A DNA stretch of 64,000 nt. Source: Candidatus Eiseniibacteriota bacterium. GTDB lineage: Bacteria; Eisenbacteria; RBG-16-71-46. The DNA lies in contig CAVSAC010000014.1 of assembly GCA_963725865.1 (NCBI GenBank), positions 640,001 to 704,000 of the forward strand, in the 5' to 3' direction. A model generated the notes under the pieces. The model was not told the DNA's origin. It was given only the letters and a program-made list of their open reading frames with translations, and did not search any database. Position 1 is the first letter of the stretch, and each line of letters opens with the position of its first letter. Position numbers and translations under genes: made by a program. Below, piece after piece: positions 59,641 through 64,000 of this stretch.

Positions 59641-60552
59641 CTAGAGCCCCCCGGTCACCAGCCGCGCGACCAGCACCATCGCGAACACGCCGGCGCTCAC
59701 CCACACGTTGACCTTGAAGAACGCCAGGTTCACGTCCTCGGCCCAGTGCTGCTCCAGCTCCAGCATCGCCACGATCACCGCCCACACCGCGCCGACCGCG
59801 AGCAGCCCGGGCAGCATGGGGCCTTTCGTCGACGACTCGAGCACCGCCAGCGCGGCGCCGGCGAGGGCGAGCGCCGCGAGCCGGTGCAGCCACGCCGAGA
59901 CCTGCAGCGCGCGCGCGCGACCGAGCCACACCACCATCGAGTGCACGCCGTGGTCGCGGTCGAACTGCTCGTCGAGCGTGCCGTAGATGATGTCGAAACC
60001 GGTGCCCCACAGCACCGCGAACGCGGCGATCCCGATCGCGGGCCACGGATGCGAGAGGTCGGGGTGCGCGACCGTCCAGCCGGCGAGCGCCGCCAGCGAC
60101 ATCGCGAGCCCCACGCCGACGTGGCAGAGCGGGGTGAAGCGCTTGAGCCAGGGATAGAGCGCGAACACCGCGAGCGGGATCGCCCCGACCTTCACGTACA
60201 GCGGCCCGAGCGCCACGCACGCGGCGAAGTACGCGGCCAGCGCCAGCGCCAGCAGCGCCCAGCCCTCGATCACCTTCATGCGCCCGGAGGGCAGCTCGCG
60301 CACCCGGGTGCGCGGGTTGAGCGCGTCGATCCGGTGGTCGATCAGGCGGTTCATCGTCATCGCCGCGGTGCGCGCGCCGACCGCGGCGAGCGCCGCCAGC
60401 GCCCAGCGCGCGGCGCTCATGGCCTCGCCGCGCTGGCTGAAGATGCCGGCCAGGATGAGCGGCAGCGAGAACAGCGTGTGCTCCAGGCGCACGAACGACG
60501 CGTAGGTGCGCAGGCGCTCGGCGGGGCGGATGGAGGCGGTCGTGGAGGGCAT
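59641..60552 (-). CDS. mqnP: UbiA-family menaquinone polyprenyltransferase
   Basis: EHTLFSLP, ARTAAMTMNRLIDHRIDALNPRT..RELPSG and GFDIIYGTLD. Confidence 0.88.
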   Translation of the reverse strand: MPSTTASIRPAERLRTYASFVRLEHTLFSLPLILAGIFSQRGEAMSAARWALAALAAVGARTAAMTMNRLIDHRIDALNPRTRVRELPSGRMKVIEGWALLALALAAYFAACVALGPLYVKVGAIPLAVFALYPWLKRFTPLCHVGVGLAMSLAALAGWTVAHPDLSHPWPAIGIAAFAVLWGTGFDIIYGTLDEQFDRDHGVHSMVVWLGRARALQVSAWLHRLAALALAGAALAVLESSTKGPMLPGLLAVGAVWAVIVAMLELEQHWAEDVNLAFFKVNVWVSAGVFAMVLVARLVTGGL

Positions 60553-60643
60553 GAGGTGTCCCCGGGCGCGACCCATCGCGCGACGGGTGGCTCAGAGTAG
60601 GGCGTCGCGGCCCGCGCGTCGAGCCTTGCAGCGGCGGCCGTCG

Positions 60644-61906
60644 TCAGGCCGCGGCGCCGTCCGGGGAGGTGGTGTGCGCGAGGCGCTGCTGGAGCGCCGG
60701 GTGGATGGCGACGAACTCGAGCCCCAGCGAGAGCGCGCTCTCGGGATCGGTGGCGGCGGGCTCCTGATCCACCCAGGTGACGCGGGCGACCAGCCGTTCG
60801 ACGCTGTCACGGCCGGCCAGCACCAGGTGCACCGAGACCATCGCGTTGCGCAGCCGCGCGCGCGCCTGCAGCAGGTCGCCGCGGCGGAACCGCGCGCTCA
60901 GACCGTGCTCCGTCAGCGCGACCAGCGCACCGGGGATCGGCGAGACGCGGGTGTCCGCGAGCCCGAGCAGCACCACGCCGCTCGCGGCCTGCACCAGCAC
61001 CCGGGTCTCGCGCCGGCGCTCGGCCGGGGCATCCACCGCCAGCTGCGGCTCGGCCTGTGGATCGGGCACCGGGCGGTTCGAGCGCTCGGGCGCGGGCGAC
61101 GCCACGGGCGGCAGGACGGCGGTGAGCGCCGCGACGTCGAGTGCCGCGGTCGCCGCGGAGAGCAGGTCGACCACCTGCTCGTCGGGCGCCGCCTCGGGTG
61201 CCGCCGCGGTCTCGGTGGACGGGGCGTTCGCGCCGAACAGCTCGGGGTCGAGGCACAGACACTCGGCCGGCGTCTCGGGCTCGATGCTCACGCTGAGGCC
61301 GAGCCCGCTCTGGGTCGGCAGCACGATCAGGTCGCCGGGCTCGGCGATCACCGGCTCGGACGCCGGCTCGCCGGCATGGGACGAGGTCCAGCGCACGCGC
61401 CCGTGCAGCACCACCCACAGCAGCCCGCTCTCGGGCACGACCGTGCGGGGGGCGAACGCGAGCGACTCGACCCGACAGCGCTCGGCCGCCTGCGCGAACT
61501 CCACCGCGGTGAGGCGCACCAGCACGTGCGGGCCGAACGCTCCCAGGCTGGCGGCCGCGCGCCGCTTGCGATCGGTGCGGGCGAGCGAGACGAACCACTG
61601 GTGCATCGCGTGGTAGCGGCGCTCGTGCAGGATGGTGGGCGGGTGCAGCTCGTCGAGCCGCCGCTGCGCCGCCAGCGCCAGGAACAACTCGCCGCGGCCG
61701 ACCGCGAGCGGCAGCAGACGCTCGTACTGGAGCAGCGCCAACCCGGATTCGCCGAGCGCCAGGTAGAGCGAGGCGAGCAGGTAGCGCGGCGCGAGCTCGT
61801 AGGGCTGGGCGTCGACCGCGGCGCGGGTCAGGCGCACGCACTCGTGCAGGTCATTGGCGCGGAACGGCGCAGCCATCGAATCCCAGAGCCGCGTGTTGGG
61901 GCCCAT
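60644..61906 (-). CDS. hypothetical signalling protein: TPR-like, degenerate cNMP-like and C-terminal PilZ-like domains
   Basis: GGAGGG RBS; LASLYLALG..AL.QYE; LWVVLHGRV..PGD; ERRRETRV..ARVTWV..LGLEF. Confidence 0.6.
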   Translation of the reverse strand: MGPNTRLWDSMAAPFRANDLHECVRLTRAAVDAQPYELAPRYLLASLYLALGESGLALLQYERLLPLAVGRGELFLALAAQRRLDELHPPTILHERRYHAMHQWFVSLARTDRKRRAAASLGAFGPHVLVRLTAVEFAQAAERCRVESLAFAPRTVVPESGLLWVVLHGRVRWTSSHAGEPASEPVIAEPGDLIVLPTQSGLGLSVSIEPETPAECLCLDPELFGANAPSTETAAAPEAAPDEQVVDLLSAATAALDVAALTAVLPPVASPAPERSNRPVPDPQAEPQLAVDAPAERRRETRVLVQAASGVVLLGLADTRVSPIPGALVALTEHGLSARFRRGDLLQARARLRNAMVSVHLVLAGRDSVERLVARVTWVDQEPAATDPESALSLGLEFVAIHPALQQRLAHTTSPDGAAA

Positions 61907-62102
61907 GCGCGCACCGCCCTCCAGATGACCGCAGGTGAGGGAAACAGGATCCAAGGGTTTCGGAAGTCATCGGCACCGGCGAGGGGGGCCTTGAGGCGGG
62001 TGAGGGCAGACGATCGTCGCCGGGAAGGCGCGAGCGGTACGGATCGACGTGTGCTCGGGGGCTGCGGAGCGGCGATTCCCGCCCGTCCGCCGCGAATGGC
62101 GC

Positions 62103-62111
62103 TGCTATAAT
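62103..62111 (+). promoter_or_regulatory. extended -10 promoter element
   Basis: Exact TGCTATAAT (TGnTATAAT) 36 bp upstream of the ATG in very GC-rich DNA. Confidence 0.65.
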
Positions 62112-62147
62112 GCGCGCCCCTGGCCGCCGCGCGGCCGGGACCCGACC

Positions 62148-62789
62148 ATGAACCGCTCCTTCGTCGTTCTCCTGACCTGGCTGGTCCTCGTGGCGCCCGT
62201 CACCGTGCGCGCGGGCGCCGGCGCGCCCGACCTGGCGCTCGCTCCGGTGCCGGACGAGGTGCACGCGGGGGACGTCGTCACGCTGCGCTGGACCGCTCCG
62301 GGGCCGGGCTTCGAGGAGTTGGAGATCCTGCTCTCGGTCGACGGCGGGCGGACGTTTCCGCTGCGCGTGAGTCCGCAGCTCGACCCTGCGGCCGGCGAGT
62401 ACCGCTGGCGGGTGCCGGACCTCACCACCTCCGGCGCGCGCCTGCGGGTGCGCATCGGTGACGAGCACCGCGAGCTCGAGTGCGAGCCCTCCGCGGCGTT
62501 CCGGATCGTGGGCGATCGCGCGCTGGCTCCCGGCGTCGTGCACGAGGCCGGCTGGTGGGATGGCCCCGACGCGCCCCGCGCGGGCGATGCGGCCGGCGTC
62601 AGCGGCACCACGCTTCGCTCGAACGACGCGCCGGCGGGCGTGGTGGGCTCGCCGCGCTCGTCGCGGCTGGACGTGGAAGCCGCGCTGCGCCCCTTCGGCG
62701 ACCCGTCCTCGCCGGCGGTCACGTGGGAGGCGGGTGGCGTGGAGCGCGCGCGCGACGCCCGCCCGAGCCGCGTGCCGATGCGCAACTGA
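62148..62789 (+). CDS. hypothetical secreted protein (Ig-like N-half, low-complexity tail)
   Basis: Signal peptide; LRW..EILLSVDGGRTF..YRWRVP..ARLRVR. Confidence 0.7.
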   Translation: MNRSFVVLLTWLVLVAPVTVRAGAGAPDLALAPVPDEVHAGDVVTLRWTAPGPGFEELEILLSVDGGRTFPLRVSPQLDPAAGEYRWRVPDLTTSGARLRVRIGDEHRELECEPSAAFRIVGDRALAPGVVHEAGWWDGPDAPRAGDAAGVSGTTLRSNDAPAGVVGSPRSSRLDVEAALRPFGDPSSPAVTWEAGGVERARDARPSRVPMRN

Positions 62790-62919
62790 GCGGCGCGCTC
62801 CCCGCGCCCCGCTCACCCGACTCATCGCCCCGACCGCTGCCGCTCGCGCGCGTTCGCGCGTGGCCGCGACCCGGGGTGACGTCGCATCGCGTTCCACCGA
62901 CCGATCGGGAGTCCATCCC

Positions 62920-64000
62920 ATGCTCGCACCCCTGCTGCTCGCGGTGAGCCTCGCCGCCGCGAGCGCCGACACCACCGTCTTCCCCATGAAAGAGATCGTC
63001 GTCACCGGCACGCGCACCCCGGAGAGCGCGCTGAACCTGCCCGCCGGCATCAGCGTCGTGCGGCGCGATGCGTTCACCGATTCGCGCACCAACAGCCTGC
63101 GCGACGCGCTGATCGGCGTGCCGGGCGTGTTCGTGCAGAGCCGCGGCGGCTCGCAGGACGTGCGCATCACCATCCGCGGCTTCGGCGCGCGCGGCAACGG
63201 GGAGCGCTCGAACTCCGGCAACATCCGCGGCATCCGCGTGCTGACCGACGGCGTGCCCGTCACCGAGCCCGACGGGCGCACCTCGCTCGACCTGGTGGAC
63301 CTGGGCGCCACCGATCGCGTCGAGGTGGTGCGCAGCAACGCGTCGGCGCTGTACGGGAACGCCTCGGGCGGAATCGTGAACCTGCGCACGGATCTCGCGT
63401 TCGAGCGGCCCTACACCGAGCTGCGCGAGCGCGTCGGCGCCTACGGCTTCCATCGCGAGCAGGCGGTGACGGGCTTCGGCGTGGGCGCGGCGCGCGGCGT
63501 GTTCTCGCTCTCGAACTCCACGTTCGACGGCTGGCGCGCCCACAGCTCGGGTACCTCGGGGCAGGCGTCGCTGCGGCTGGCGGTGCCGGTCGGCGAACAC
63601 GACCGGCTGGGCGTGCTGATGGACGCGGTGAGCAATCTCAACCGCTTCCCGGGGGCGCTCACGCGCGCCGAGGCCGACGCGGACCCGGCCCAGGCCAACG
63701 CCACGTTCGTGAGCCGCGACGAACGCCGCCGCAACCGCGTCGGTCGCGTCGCGCTGACGTGGGACCGCGCGATCGAGGAGTCGATGGACCTCGCGCTCAC
63801 GGCGTTCGCCGAGCCCAAGGTGCTGCAGCGCTCGGAGCGCAACCGCTTCCGCGACTTCACGCGCTATCACGTGGGCGGCAGCGGCGTTTTCAGCTGGCGA
63901 TCGAACATCGCCACCGGGGTCCAGAACCGCGTGAGCATCGGCGTGGACGAGGCGCTCCAGGACGGCGCCATCCTGTTCTACGACCTCGGACCGGGCGGCA
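62920..64000 (+). CDS. TonB-dependent receptor (5' part, runs off the window)
   Basis: GGGAG RBS; EIVVTGTRT TonB box; PGVFVQ, ITIRGFG, DGVP and RVEVVR..SALYGNASGGIVN plug motifs. Confidence 0.92.
   Translation, partial: MLAPLLLAVSLAAASADTTVFPMKEIVVTGTRTPESALNLPAGISVVRRDAFTDSRTNSLRDALIGVPGVFVQSRGGSQDVRITIRGFGARGNGERSNSGNIRGIRVLTDGVPVTEPDGRTSLDLVDLGATDRVEVVRSNASALYGNASGGIVNLRTDLAFERPYTELRERVGAYGFHREQAVTGFGVGAARGVFSLSNSTFDGWRAHSSGTSGQASLRLAVPVGEHDRLGVLMDAVSNLNRFPGALTRAEADADPAQANATFVSRDERRRNRVGRVALTWDRAIEESMDLALTAFAEPKVLQRSERNRFRDFTRYHVGGSGVFSWRSNIATGVQNRVSIGVDEALQDGAILFYDLGPGG

Overview
Very GC-rich bacterial chromosomal DNA. The futalosine menaquinone genes, a FlgD-Ig-type C-terminal sorting domain and a TonB receptor indicate a diderm, possibly an FCB-related lineage such as Ca. 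Eisenbacteria (taxonomy is inference). Several genes carry single-base frameshifts that look like long-read consensus errors. From left to right: glgB-treZ; an M13 peptidase; an ATGA-coupled operon (Omp85-like barrel, secreted kinase-fold protein, metallophosphoesterase lipoprotein, Npt/TLC nucleotide translocase) divergent from a second Npt-HEAT translocase and a cNMP-binding protein; mqnA, a radical SAM gene, an M48 peptidase, recQ, mqnE and a DUF5916 protein; btpA-pfkB-psuG; an orphan histidine kinase with a cupredoxin-like partner, a Cys-rich micro-protein and a Cys-rich RAPP-terminated leader; about 12 kb of co-oriented small accessory genes, including a MerB-like gene with an in-frame TGA and a SECIS-like hairpin (probable selenoprotein); a complete integron with 8 clear attC sites, 1 degenerate site and 9 cassettes, whose intI points towards and is co-oriented with its array; the mqnP-mqnM-mqnL operon; and the start of a TonB-dependent receptor. 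No rRNA, tRNA or CRISPR array was seen. The best candidates for undescribed biology are the putative extracytoplasmic kinase/phosphatase plus ATP-translocase module, the MerB-like selenoprotein, the co-oriented integron and the RAPP-leader/Cys-peptide metal module. Start codons were chosen by eye and no database searches were run.
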